Assembly: GCA_038087875.1 (NCBI GenBank)
Contig: CM075990.1
Location: 7,440,001-7,504,000, forward strand
DNA length: 64,000 nt
Direction of reading: 5' to 3'
From: Malacoraja senta
Lineage: Eukaryota
Shown piece by piece: positions 25,313 to 38,790 of this stretch. The notes beneath the pieces were generated by a model. The model had not been told where the DNA came from and searched no databases. It worked only from the letters and a program-made list of their open reading frames with translations. The position numbers were made by a program, and so were the translations under genes. How positions within the stretch are numbered: the stretch's first letter is position 1; every line of letters begins with the position of its first letter.

Positions 25313-28066
25313 TAAGGCAATAGTCATCCGTCTGATAGTGTGGGAAAACTGACCAGATTCATCCTGTTCACAAGCAAGATAAATCCCATCAGCTCGTCAT
25401 TATCTCCACCAACCTCTCTCAATTATTGACAAAGCGATGGGAAGATGTTGATGATTGCGTTGCTGATAGCTGCTGATAATCTCCACACGGAGCTCGTAAT
25501 GGATTCTCCAGGAGCAGATTTTATCACAACCTTGACCAAGGCACAAAGAAAAGGACTGAAATCCGTGGTTCATCAATGAAACTGGAGAATAGATATCAAG
25601 GGGAAATCTCTCCTTGGGCTGAAATCATACCTTGTATAGAGAATAATTGTTGCAGCTTCTGGATTTTAATTATCTTAGCCCCAATATCATTGCACATTCC
25701 TCAAGGCAGTATCCTAGGCCCAACCATCTTCTGCTGTTTCATCAATGATCTTCAAGATTATCGATTAAATGTTTCTTGATGATTCCATAACGTTCAATTT
25801 AATTCACAATTCTTCAGGATATAAAGCAGTACATGCCTGCATGCAGAAGTCTTGGATGATACAAAGTGCCTGAGGAACTTCACAGATCAGGCAAGTATCT
25901 GACAAGGGAATGGATAGTTGCTGTTTCATGTTGAGACTTCATGTTCTTCAGATGGATTGTAGTAGGTGGAAGCTGGAAATTAGAGGTGGGGGTGGGACAG
26001 AGCATGGCAAGTTCCCTCTTGAGTTCCTCCGGCATTTTGTGTTTTCCATTCCCTCTATAGATGCTGCCTGGCCTGCTGTTCCTCCGACACTTTGTGTTTT
26101 GCTCAAGATTCCAGCATCTGCAATTCCTTGTGTCTCCAAATCCTGGATACCAGTCAGGGGCATGGGCACGCATTCAAGGCAATGATCAAACTCTAAACAG
26201 TCCACTTGACATCGAGTGACGTTCCATCACTGAGTCCCCCACTATCAGTATTGTAGAGGAATACTGGCGACAGTATCCTGAACTATATCAGCAATATCAA
26301 CGTTAACAAGAGTAAGTTAAACGCTGACTTTCCTGGGCCAAGTGATTTATCTATAACGTCTGAACCTTTCATTCAACTGCAGGACGTAACAGAACCACGA
26401 TAAAACATTGCTCAGTTGGTTGGATGAGTCATCTCCAACATCAAAGAAGTGCAACGCCATCCAGGTCAAAGCTGTTGACTTTGAATGGCACGACATCAAG
26501 CATCCCATTCTCAGGAACACGGTGTGTACCACCTACAAACCAGACTGCACTCACTCACCAAGCCATGTTTGGCAGCATCTCGCAAACCCACATCCCCTGT
26601 CACATTAGAAAGATGAGTACTGCAGGCAGATGGAAGCATCTCCATGAGTGGGTTCCCCTCCAAGTCGCTCATCGTACTGCTTTGGAAATATACTGTCTTT
26701 CCTCTCTGCTGATGGGGACTGAACATACCGGCAGCAACATTGCAGTAGTATCTTCATCAGGCCTGTCACAGTTGTTTGGGAGGGTAGATCACCGGCACCT
26801 TCTCCAAGGATGGGATTTGATGAAAGCATCGCTGCTAACACCCACACCTTGTGAGTCTATTTATAAAACACCGCTATGTTTTAGCTTGCCAATTCAAATA
26901 CGTCTTGTTTATTCCCAACCTCCTTGAGCCAAACCTGATTCATTGCATCCAATATTATGTCACTCATATTGTGATTCAATTTGTGTGGCTCAAATGAATA
27001 ACAAAAATAAATGACAAACATAGAGGAAAACTTTGATAATCAGGTATCAGTGTTAAAACATTTCAATGTTCGGCATCTGGCTCACCAGGTAGTGATGTTC
27101 ACACTTCCTCCACTATACAGGGTCTGGTTCCCATGTCCCTCTAACACATCAGGACCTTGGTCCCAACACTCTCTCTAACATAGAACAGTACAATAAAGGA
27201 ATTGGCCTTACGGCCCACAAGGTCTGTGTTATACATGATGCCAAGACCAACTCTCATCCACCTGCACATGTTCCATATTCCTCCATTCCCTGCCCATCCA
27301 TGTGCCTATCCAGAAGCCACTTAAACACCACTTTTCGTATCTGCTTCCACCACCACGAGTGCATTGCAGGCACTACCCGACATAGTTCATCGTTTCACCT
27401 CTGATCCTAAAGCTATTACTCTTAGACGTTGGCATTTCCACCTTTGGTACAAGGTTCTGTCTGTTTACCCTATCTATGCTTCTCATCATTTTATATACCT
27501 TTCAAGACTCCCCTCAACATCTGACGCTCCAGAGAAAACAATCGTAAGAGGACCATTTTTCCTGCCCTCCCTCCAACACTTGATTCCTTTGTTTCCTCCA
27601 GGCCCCCAAGTTCCTGTATTCTCTCTCTGCAAGATAACAGGTTTCTGATTCCTCTGCTGCTTCTAACACACCAGGACTCTGATTTCTGTGCTCTATTAAA
27701 ATGTCGGTGCCTTAGTTCCTCTGTTCCTTGCAACACCCTAGCAACCTAGTTCTCTTGGTCCCTCCAATACACTGAGACACCATTCTGTGCTTTCATTCAC
27801 ACACCCTTTCAAGCACTCCTTAAACTCGCCCAGTTTCCAGCTTCCACACTAACTTTAACATCCCCAGAGCCCTGTTTTGCACGATATGAAACTTACCCGG
27901 TCCCAGTTCTCATGCTTCTTTGAAAATACTATTATTTTATTAACATTTAAAAACAAAGTGAATGAAAAGAGTGTTGAAGTTTCAATTGAGAACAGCATCC
28001 GATAATCTGAAAAATCTGCCTGTCCAGCACCACTAAAGTCCCGAACATGCCAGATTAACAGAGTTA

Positions 28067-28380
28067 GTTAAGTTTAGAGATACAGCACGGAAACAGGCCC
28101 TTCGGCCCACCGTGTCTGCACCGGCCAGCGATCCCCACACATTAATACTATCCTACACACACACTAGGGACAATTTACATTGATACCAAGCCAATTAACC
28201 ACCAAACCTGTACGTCTTTGGTGTGTGGGAGGAAACCAAAGATCTCGGAGAAAACCCACATCATCACGGGGAGAATGTGCAAACTCCGTACAGACAGCAC
28301 CCATCGTCGGGATCGAACCCGGGTCTCTGGTGGTGTAAGCACTCGCTGTATGGCAGCAACTTTACTGCTGCGCCACCCTG
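28067..28380 (-). mobile_element. HE1-like V-SINE
   Basis: Full-length reverse-complement copy. Confidence 0.85.
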
Positions 28381-29054
28381 CAGCTCAACAGTCTTATTGT
28401 GTTCACTAAATGGGGCAGCAGGAATGCAGAAAGAATAAAAGAGTTAATACTGCAGGTGAATGACTCTTCCCCAGAATAGACAAAAGTAAGAGAAGATATA
28501 TATTTTAAATTGCGGAGAGCAAAAGCAGGAATGTGTGCAATAAATTGGAGACATTTGGAGTTTGTCCAAAATATGCCATTGCTTTTGGTGTTGCCTAAGA
28601 GAGCAATATGACTGCATGTTGAATCATAGTGATGTAGGAAGGAACTGCAAATGCTGCTTTAAACCAAAGATAGACACAAAAAGCTGGAGTAAGTCAACAG
28701 GTCAGACAGCATCTCCGGAGAGAAGGAATAGGTGACGTTTCTGGTCGAGACACTTCTTCAGACAAGGCTGTTGACCCTATCTTCTGTTGAATCTTAGTTG
28801 TTGTACTTTGGGGGTGTAAATTGAGGGAGATGAATAATGGCAGAAAAATCACCATGTTGGGGCTTGGAGAAGCAGAACACAGCACTGCTGGAAATCTGAA
28901 TCTAAAGACAATGTGGAAATATATATCTGATCAGGCAGCGTCTGTGGAGAGAGAATAACTGAGTTAATGTTAGGAGTGGATGGCCTTTCATCAATGACCT
29001 GAGAGAGGTGCCTTGCATGGCTCCTTACTGATTATTGTTTAGGTTTTTTAAGTT

Positions 29055-29300
29055 TTTAGAGATACAACATGGAAACAGGCCACGCTGACCATTGATGACC
29101 CCTTCACACTAGTTCTACCCTACACCCATTAGGGACAATTTACAGAAGCAAATTAACCTACAAACGCACACGTCGTTGGGATGTGGGATTAAACCAGAGC
29201 ACCTGGAGAATAGGGCGAACATGCAAACTCCACACAGACAGCACCTGAGGTCAGGATCCAACCCGGATCGCTGGCGCTGTGAGGCAGCAGCAGCTCTCTC
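29055..29300 (-). mobile_element. HE1-like V-SINE
   Basis: Reverse-complement copy with internal deletions. Confidence 0.7.
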
Positions 29301-29821
29301 TGCCGTTTGTATTTATACACCCTGATAATTCCACACTCGGGTAATTCTCTGCTAAACATGAGATCATTTCCATCAAACTATGATGGCTCTGCTGAAATGT
29401 AGATATCTTTTTTACTGCCGCATCTCCATTCCGGCATCCTTTATTTTCCCCTGCAGCTGATGTCAGTAAGCCTGGTCTGTAGCTTGATCTTCTGCCCTGA
29501 GGTAGAGAGGGACCAATCCAACACTCCCATTACAATACCGCTTCAGTAAGGTACCAGACCCAGACGATGAACTCGGAATAACGGCTGGCTCTTTATGACT
29601 TGGTTGCGCAGAAATTACTTTGGGGATTGTAAATCTATTGAATTTACTGCATCAAATGCGTGTGATGTTCAGTGGTCGAGTATTTTTCAAAAGGTATTGG
29701 TAAGTGCTAAGTAAGTACGTTCAGGATTGAAGTCCATGGAATAAAAGGAAAATGATAGATTGTGTTGGGGACATTAACCCTAAGAATCATGGTGAATGCT
29801 TGCGTTTTTGGATGGAGAAGG

Positions 29822-30465
29822 TTTAGTTTAGAGATGCATCACGGAAACAGGCCCTTCGGCCCACCGAATCCACGCCGGCCAGCGATCCCCGCACGTTAAC
29901 ACTATCTTACGCAGACTAGGGACAATTTACACACATACCAAGTACACAAACCCAAGCCAATTAAACTACAAACCTGTACGTCTTTGGATTGTGGGAGGAA
30001 ACCGAAGTTCTCGACAAAAACCCACGTGGTCACGGGGATAACGTACAAACTCCGTACAGACAGCACCCGTAGTCGGGATCAAACCCGGGTCCCTGGCACT
30101 GCAAGCACTGTAAAAGCCCTGTCCCACTGTATGAGTTCATTCAAGAGATCTTCCCGAGTTTGCCCTGATTCGAACTCGGAGATTTACGGTAATGGCCGCT
30201 CGTAAGTACTCGGGGCTCTCGTGGACATTTTTCAACAAGTTGAAAAATCTTCACGCATCTTCCCGAGCTTACCTGCCGCTAGCAAGTCTTCCCGAGTACC
30301 TGCCGTTAGCGTTACGAGCCGCTAAGAGACGTCCCCGAGCTCCGACGTACCCGCTACGTTCATTCTACGTGCTTATCACGAGCTTGATTTTTTTTTTTAC
30401 ACGGGAGAGCTCTTGGAATGGACTCGTACCGTGGGACAGGGCCATTAGGCAGCAACTCTGCCACA
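29822..30465 (-). mobile_element. HE1-like V-SINE interrupted by a MITE
   Basis: SINE sequence GCAAGCACTG-TAA|MITE|TTA-GGCAGCAACTCT. Confidence 0.8.
30114..30444. mobile_element. 331-bp PIF/Harbinger-like MITE
   Basis: TIR (A)AGCCCTGTCCCAC / GTGGGACAGGGCCA, flanked by TAA and TTA. An inverted copy lies at 36500-36830. Confidence 0.85.
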
Positions 30466-30549
30466 GGTATACAGAAGATTTTCCCAGTGGTCAGAATGAG
30501 GACTACCACTTTTCTCAATGTATGTTAGTGTCTTAGAGGTGTGCATGCA

Positions 30550-31130
30550 GTTTAGTTTACTGTCACGTGTACCGAGGTACAGTGAAAAGCTTTTGTTGCG
30601 TGCTAACCAGTCAGCGGAAGGACAATACAGGATTACAATCGAGCCGTTCACAGTGTACAGCTACACGATGAAGGAATTACATTTAGTGCAAGATAAAACC
30701 TGTAAAGTCCGATCACAGATAGTCCTATGGTCTCCAATGAGGTAGATAGTAGTTCAGGACTGCTCTCTAGTTGTAGTTGGTTGGTTCAGTTACCTGATAA
30801 CAGCTGGGAAGAAACTGTTGCTAAATCTGGAGGTGTGCATTTTTACACTTCTATACTTTTTTCCTGATGGGAGAGGGGAGAGGAGGAAATGGCCAGGGTA
30901 CGACTCATCCTTGATGCTGCTGCTGGCCTTGCTGAGGCTAAAATGGGATAAATGGAAAGAAGATTGGTTTATGTGATGGTCTGGGCTGCATCCATAATTC
31001 TCCGCAATTTCTTACGGTCTTGGATGGAGCTGCTCCCAAACCAAGCTGTGATGCTTTTTGGTGCATCTGTGGGAGTTGTTGGGGATATGCCGAACTTCCT
31101 AAGCCTTCTAAGGACCTAGAGGCGTTCTGT
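30550..31130 (-). mobile_element. Rex1-type LINE 3' fragment
   Basis: Minus strand carries remnants of the ...LPSG... C-terminus and the same 3' UTR family as 37055-37300. Confidence 0.6.
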
Positions 31131-34129
31131 ACAGTGAGTAATTTCAAAATTACTCATTGGCAGCACGGTGGCGCAGCTGGCAGAGCTTCTGCAGCGCAGT
31201 GCCAGACATCGCCAGTTCGATCCTGACTTCGGTATCTGTCTGTGTGGAGTTTGCACTTTCTCCCTGTGTCTGTGTGAGCTCCCCCCCCCCCGCCTCCTTT
31301 GTTACTCTGTGAGTCGATCGTTCTATGTTTGGCTGAGTTTGAGAGGTTTACTGGTCCGAACGGGATTCAGCGAGTGGACAGGAAGATAAACTAAAAATGT
31401 GATGAAGTGTGAAGTGGGATGAGGGGGTGGAATGGTTGTGTTTTATTATGTGGTTTGGGGCAAGAAATTCATTCTTGGTTGCTTGTGCTAAACCTGCCGT
31501 AAATAATGATACTTTAATGTCATATGTACCTAGGTACAGTGAAATACTGCCTCCAGCAAATTCCAATCCAGTAAAATCATACTAGATCTCGGCACAATCC
31601 CAGATCAGTATGAAGATGCAGCGTTTGTGGCCTTCACCAAGACACTACACAAAGAGTCGACACCTTTTGTGTTGCCAACAAAGTTTCAAAGTTCTTAAGA
31701 GTGCAGTCTCACCTTGGTCCTAAAGGCCCGTTGCCATGGCGGCACCGATCCTCTCCTCCATTAGCCGCCATCTTGAAATTGGTCCTTTATCCAGCGTTCG
31801 GTGCCGTCACCGATTCCCTCCACCCACCTCACGGGTTCCCGGCCTCCGGGTTCGATCAGGAGAAGAGTCTCGGACGATTCCGGGCGGGTTCCCGGTGCCG
31901 CGGTGAGCGAGCCAGGCCTGCTGTTGGGGTCAGGCCGCCCGCCGCTCACCAGGATCTTCTGCTGCACCACGAGGCTCGCTGGTGACCAGGTTGTGAACTG
32001 GTTCTGTTTTTACAGGCATCCATAAGTCAAGTTTGCCTTTAAGTTTATGTGCTTTAAGTACACTATTATTATTTGNNNNNNNNNNNNNNNNNNNNNNNNN
32101 NNNNNNNNNNNNNNNNNNNNNNNNNNNNNNNNNNNNNNNNNNNNNNNNNNNNNNNNNNNNNNNNNNNNNNNNNNNNNNNNNNNNNNNNNNNNNNNNNNNN
32201 NNNNNNNNNNNNNNNNNNNNGATTTTTGTATGTAATTGTTTGTAATTGTATTTGTTAGTCTGTGTTCAAGATGGCGGTCGGAGGGGAGAGTGGACGCTGG
32301 CGTTAAATTGCCGCTGCTCTCTCCTCAAATTGTGCTTCTGATTTTCTTTTTTTTGTGTTTTTGGAAGGAATTCTGTCCCTGATTTATGTATTGGTCTTTA
32401 TAACCTATTTTTTTTAAAATTCTGATTATATGTTTTCTATAAATCTCTGTATGGTGTCCTTGAGACCTCGGTATAAGGCGCCCGTAAATAAAATCCATTA
32501 TTATTATTATTATATATATCTAATATGTGTGTATAGATATGATCTATATATATATATATGTGTGTATATATACGAACACTGAACTGTTTGTTTATCTCAT
32601 TTATTACATTGATTACAGTGTACTATGTTTACATATTCTGTTGTCTGCTGTAAGTAAGAATTTTATTGTTTTTTATTTGGGACATATGGTAATAAAGCAC
32701 TCTTGACTCTTTTGACTGACAGAAAATCAGTAACTCTCACTCTTGGATAACCAGACATTGCAATGGGTGGCATCAAGAGCACATCCAAATGTCAAGAAAG
32801 AACAATGACAACTGTAAGTGGAGAGAAAGAGCGGAAACTAATTCTGCCCTTTGTACTTCACTAATCAAACTTTTGAATTAAATACTATCATGCATGCCTG
32901 TTCGTATGTAGGGGGTGTCCATAAATTGGGCATTCATAATCTGGGGGGTCTGCATAGTTCTTAAGTTCATAAGTGATAGGAGCAGAATTGGACCATTGGG
33001 CCCATCAAGTCTACCCCATCATTCAATCGTGGCTGATCTATCTCCTAATCCCATTCTCCTGCCTTCTCCCCATAACCTCTGACACCCGCACTAATCTAGA
33101 ATCTATCTCTGCCTTAAAAATATCCACTGTCGGCCTCCACAGCCTTCTGTGGCAATCAATTTCACGGATTCACCACCTTCTGACTAAAGAAATTGCTCTT
33201 CATCTCCTTCCTAAAGAAACGTCCTTTAATTCTGAGGCTATGACCTCTGGTCCTGGACTATCCCACAGAGTTACCTCTCTACAGGTAACTTTGGCAGCAT
33301 TGAAGAGCAAAATACTATTGCTACTACTAACAGAGAATAAATTCCCTGGTGTTCACACTTACAATTTGTCATGTAATCCTAGTAATTTCTCTAGTACTTT
33401 CTCTTTACTAATATTAATTACCCACTCTCTTTAGACCCTTGTTTCTCTTGTACTTTGGTAAATGTAATATGTTTTTCACAGACAGATTCAAAATATTTTG
33501 TCAGATACTTCCTTGTTCCCAATTATAATTCCACTGTCCATTGCCACAAAGGGATTCTTCGTCTTTGCTATTTGCTTCCTTTTTATATGCTTTTCAAAGC
33601 CCTGATTCTGACTGTACTTCATACTCTTATTTTCCATCTTTGTCAGTTCTCCAGTCACCCTTTGAAGATTGTGAAACCAGTTCAATCTTCAGTGTTCCAG
33701 CTCTATTGTAGGGCAGCATTGTACGGAGTAATGTTGGCTCGGTACATGATCATCGGATCGTTAATCTTCATACTTTAACATTCATTGGGACCTGTAACAT
33801 GTTGTACAAGTGCTGGAGTAACTCAACGGGTCAGGCAGCATCTCTGGAGAACATAGATAGATGACGTTTCAGATGTCGTGACACCTTCTTCATTTGCAAT
33901 AACCTTAACTTAGTAAAACACCTCTAGATGTTTTAAAGAGGCATTGGGGCAAAACCTCAAATTCTTATGTAAGAAAGAACTGCAGATGCTGGTTTACACT
34001 GAAAATGGACACACAATGCGGGTTTGTAACTTAACGGGTCAGGCAGCATATCTGGAGAAAAGGAATAGGTGACGTTTCAGGTCGAGACCATTCATCAGAA
34101 CATCAAATTCTTAGTTGTTTTTCACAAGT

Positions 34130-35450
34130 TCACAAGTTATAGTAGAATTAGGCCATTCAGCCCAATGAGTACTACACCATGGCTGATCTCTGCCTCCTAA
34201 TCCCATTTTCCTGCCCTCCCCATAACCCTTGACACCCGTTCTAATCAAGAATTTATTTATCTCTACCTTAAAAACATCCACTGACTTGGCCTCCACAGCC
34301 CTCTGTGACAATGAGTTCCACAGATTAACTACCCTCTGACTAAAGAATTTCCTCCTCGCCTCCTTTCTTAAAGAGCAGGGGCGGAAAACCCGGGGGGACC
34401 AGCCCTCCATGTTTTGAGAGGTGGGGGACATCCCCCCCCCAAGTTTTTGTGATCCGTATTTTAAAACCCGGTGAAATCTCCGCTTTCCGCGAGACAGTGG
34501 GGGTGGGACTGCTGATCGAGGGCGCCGATTGGACGAGAGAGACGTCGGTCAGCAGGCAATGGAGGCGGGACATGATAATTCAGCGCGATGATTGGAGGAG
34601 GGAGGAGTGGGGGTGGGGGGGGGGTGTGCCTGAGGATAGAGTGCGGTGATTGGAGGAGTGGGGTGGGCCTGAGGATAGAGCGCGGTGATTGGAGGAGGGA
34701 GACGTGGCACAGACCTCTGCATCATCCGCAGGCTGGATCGATCCCGGCCGGGTCTCCGGCGCTGTCCCGAGTACCACCCCCCCCCCCACCCCCATGGGTG
34801 GCCAGAGAGGTCGGCAGAAAAGATCCTCCACTATAGGATCTTTGGTTGGTAGTCAGACCGGCGTGGTGCCCCCCAGGCCAGCGCAGAGAACCAGCGCTAA
34901 ACCAGCTCACTCTGCCTGTCCCGCCAGGTGAGCCTATAGCCTTCCTGGACTGGCGGGGAATATGGCCAGCGCGGAGAAGCAGCGCTGGCCATATCAGTCC
35001 AGACAGGGCTGTAGTTAACCCGGTGACACAGGCAGAGTTGAGCTGCATTTAGCGCTGGATTGAGCCTCCGAAGCAAAGATACTACCTCGCGCGTGTGTGT
35101 GTGTGAGAGTGCGCATGCGCGCGCGGCCGCCAAAAAAATTGTGTCCCCCGTCCCCTCCATGTTTTGATAGCGGGTTCCGCTCTTGTAAAAGAGCACCCTT
35201 TAATTCTGAGGCTATGACCTCTGGTCCTAGACTCTCCCATCAGTGGAAACATCCTTTCCAATTCCACTTTATCTATGCTTTTCATTATTCTGTAAGTTTC
35301 ATTGAGATCCCCCTTCAACCTTCTAAACTCCAGTGAGTTGAGGCCCAGTGGTGTAAAGTGCTCATCATATGCTAGCCCACTCATTCCTGGAATAATTCTT
35401 GTAAACCTCCCCTGGACCCTCTCCAGAGCCAGCACATCCTTCCTCAGATA
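34130..35450 (-). mobile_element. CR1 LINE 3' fragment interrupted by a DNA transposon
   Basis: LRKDVLALERVQGRFTRIIPG...GHSLRIKG | RKEARRKFFSQRVVNLWNSL is continuous across the 34376-35185 insert. Confidence 0.85.
34376..35185. mobile_element. Non-autonomous hAT-like DNA transposon (810 bp)
   Basis: Imperfect TIR CAGGGGCGGAA / TTCCGCTCTTG. 8-bp TSD TTAAAGAG / TAAAAGAG. The empty site TTCTAAAAGAGCGCCC is seen in the CR1 copy at about 54711. Confidence 0.75.
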
Positions 35451-35451
35451 T

Positions 35452-36372
35452 ACAATCAATACAATACAATACAATACGTTTTATTCGTCACTTGCACATA
35501 AGTGAAATGAATTTGCCAGCAGCGGTACAATGATAAAGAACACACAAAAACACACTAAAAATTGAACACAAACATCCACCACAACATTCATCACTGTGGT
35601 GGAAGGCACAAAATATGGCCAGTGCTCCTCCATTTCCCCCCGTGGTCAGGACCTCAACCCTTCGCAGCCGTCGCTGCGGGCGTCCAGATGTTCAGACAAG
35701 GTAAAAAAGTCCAGGTAAGTCCTGAAACGGTGCCTCCCCACCAGAGACCGGGGCTTCAAGTTGGTGTAGGCCGCAGGCCGGCAGTCGGAGATTTAAAGTC
35801 CCCGCAGCGCCGCAGCCAGAAGCACCGCAGACTGCAGGGCCGGCAGTCGAAGCTCCCCTCCAGGGATCCCCAGCGAGGGACCCCGCTCCTGATGGTAAGT
35901 CCCCGCCGCGCCTGCGGTAGAAGTTGGCCGCGGGCCAGCATTCAGAGCTTCTTCTCCCCCCGGGTCCCCAACGAGGATTCCCAGGCCCAGGACGCTGCCC
36001 CAGCTGGAGCTCTGCAGACTGCGGATTCAGGCTTCAGGCTGCCAAGGGCCAGCGAACGGAGAGCTCCCCTCCGGCGACCCCCGGCGAGGGCTCGCCCGCA
36101 CCAGGCCGAAAGTCCCCGCTGCGCCCGCCGCTGAAGCCCCGGGCGCGTCTCCGGGAAAGGCCGTACCGATCCTTGCTGTTAGGCCACGGGGGAGGCGACA
36201 TGGAAAAAGTCGCCTCTCCGTGGAGGAGGCGACCGAAACGGTTTCCCCTTCACCCCCCACACCACCCCCCACACAAGACACACAGAGGAACATTAAAAAC
36301 CCACATTAGGACACACTAAAAAAACAAAAAAAGTAGAAAGAACTGACACGCTGCTGACAGGGCTGCCGGCAG
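35452..36372 (-). mobile_element. GC-rich non-coding retroposon with Rex1-like 3' end and (ATTGT)n tail
   Basis: AATAAA plus a microsatellite tail at 35452-35485, and a CpG-rich body with no RT motif. Confidence 0.5.
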
Positions 36373-36499
36373 GTAGATTGGAAGATCGGGAATTCATCAT
36401 AATATGAGAGGTCTGTTAATGAATCTGGAAACAGCTGGGAAGAAGCATTACATGGGTGATGCATCAACTGCATTAAATCCAAGTCTAAGTGAAGACTAA

Positions 36500-36830
36500 T
36501 GGCCCTGTCCCACGGTACAAGTTCATTCCAAGAGCTCTCCCGAGTTTAAAAAAAAATCAAACTCGTGGTAAGCACGGAGAATGAACATAGCGGGTACGTC
36601 GGAGCTCGGGGACGTCTCTTAGCGGCTCGTAACCCTAACGGCAGGTACTCGGGAAGACTCGCTAACGGCAGGTAAGCTCGGGAAGACTCGTGAAGATTTT
36701 TCAACATGTTGAAAAATCTCCACGAGAGCCCCGAGTACCGACGAGTGGCCATTACCGTAAATCTCCGAGTTCGAATCAGGGCAAACTCGGGAGAGCTCTT
36801 GGAATGAACTCGTACCGTGGGACAGGGCCA
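36500..36830. mobile_element. 331-bp PIF/Harbinger-like MITE (inverted copy of 30114-30444)
   Basis: TIR TGGCCCTGTCCCACGGTAC / GTACCGTGGGACAGGGCCA, flanked by TAA and TGA. Confidence 0.85.
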
Positions 36831-37411
36831 TGAGGCTTCAGAATTTGGATGAACTTGTTCATTAAGACTGATATGGGGAAGTTGCCGAATAATGGAATAG
36901 TTATCAACAAGCAGGAGAGAAGCTGTGGCAAGATTAGTATCAACTGAGGGTGTGGAAATGAAAATGAATAGTCTTAATGGTAACAAGAATATGGTTCAAA
37001 ATACAACACTAGCTGAAGTTTGACGAGAATGTCGTAAACAGTCTTGTTCACTTAGTTCAGTTTTGTTGCGTGCTAACCAGTCAGCAGAAAGACAATACAT
37101 GATTACAATCGATCCATTTACAGTGTATAGATACATGATTAGGGAATAATGTTTAGTGCAAGGTAAAGCCAGCAAAGTCCGATTAAGGATCATCTGAGGG
37201 TCACAAAAGAGGTAGATAGTAGTTCAGGACTGCTCTCTGGTTGTGGTAGGATGATTCAGTTGTCTGATAACAGCTGGGAAGAAACTGTCCCTGAATCTGG
37301 TGGTTTCTTACAGATAGTTTACATGGAGAAGGACGGAGTCTGTCGCTGGGAACCGGTCCCAAAAGCCAACAGATTTAGTTTACTCAATATTGCCATGGGA
37401 GAGACAAAATC

Positions 37412-37645
37412 TGGAGGAAGGAACTGCAGATGCTGATTTAACTCGAATATAGACACAAGATGCTGGAGTAACCCTGCGGGACAGGCAACATCTCTGGAGA
37501 GAAGGAATGTGTGACATTTCGGGTCGAGACCTTTCTTCAGACTGATCTGAAAGGTCTGAAGAAGGGTTTTAAACCGAAACGTACCCACTCCTTCTCACCA
37601 GAGTTGCTGCCTGTCCCGCTGAGTTATTCCAGCATTTTGTGTCTA
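37412..37645. mobile_element. Fold-back Penelope-like terminal repeat with back-to-back hammerhead motifs
   Basis: Minus-strand motif 37513-37540 and plus-strand motif 37556-37583, with inverted arms. Confidence 0.75.
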
Positions 37646-38489
37646 TTGCCATGGAATAAATCTCTGTACATTCAGTGTTGGTCCACGATTAGTAGCCTGA
37701 CGAAGTTGAGAGAGTGGTGGGGATTGTGAGGGATGGTCGTGCGTGTGGCACAGGGGCACCAGAGTGGAAGCTGATGATGTGTTTTCAAAATATGTCACTG
37801 TGGAAGCTTCGCGTGAGAAGCAGGAGGAGTCTGGGATTGGTCCTTGTGGGCCCCAGAGATAATGATGGGGACGTGAAGGTAGCCATTGGTGCTGACTCTG
37901 TGGAGTCTTCTCGACAGCCCTTATCCTCAAGTCCTTGGTCTCCCATTGCTCAAGTGTTACTGTGGCAGCTGTTACTTAGCAAGCACAATGGACTGCCGGA
38001 CATCCAGCATCTTCAACAATCAGAAAGGATTGCCATGGTCAGCAGGGAACATGCAGGTTGTAACATTGCCAGCCTGAACCTGGCAGGACACTGAGATTAA
38101 AGTTAGTTGAGAAAACATGGTGGAGGGTTCAGGGGAAACCTGCTGAAATCTTGAGGGTATTGATCTTTCCATCAAGAACTATCTCATCAATCAGCTTCCC
38201 AACTTCTTCACCGGCATCCACAAATGCCTCATGACCCTTCACCCTGCAAAGGCCAGCATGCCATTGTAACCAACACCCAAGCCCCAAGCATAATGCTGAA
38301 GATGGATTTGGGTGGGAGTGTGTGATCTTGGTTGCATGGATCTCTGGTTGGATGAATACTCCTAAAGCAGACAGCCAGAACACTCTGCAACACTCCTGAA
38401 CTGTCAAAAGGCACAAAATGCTGGAGTAACTCAGCGGGACGGGCGGCATCTCTGGAGAGAAGTAAGCACAATTGGCTGATTTTAATATT

Positions 38490-38790
38490 TAGTTTAATTT
38501 ATAGATGCAGTGAGGCTTTTCATCCCACCGAGTCCACGCCAACCATCGATCACCTGTACACACTAGTTCCATGTCATCCTACTTTCCCATCTACTTCCTA
38601 CACAATGCGGGACATTTTACACAGGCCAATTAACCTGCAAACCCACACATCTTTGGGACGTGGGAGGAAACCAGGGCACCTGAAGGAAACCCTCGTGGTC
38701 ACGGGGAGAAGTGTAAACCACACACAGACAGCATCCGAGGTCGGGATCCAACCAGGGCCTCTGGCTCTGTGAGGCAGCACTACCAACTTT
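38490..38790 (-). mobile_element. HE1-like V-SINE
   Basis: Reverse-complement copy. Confidence 0.75.

Noticed and set aside
37660-38400. Overlapping 60-126 aa ORFs in apparently unique DNA
   Set aside because: No recognisable domain or splice structure. Probably a decayed retroelement.
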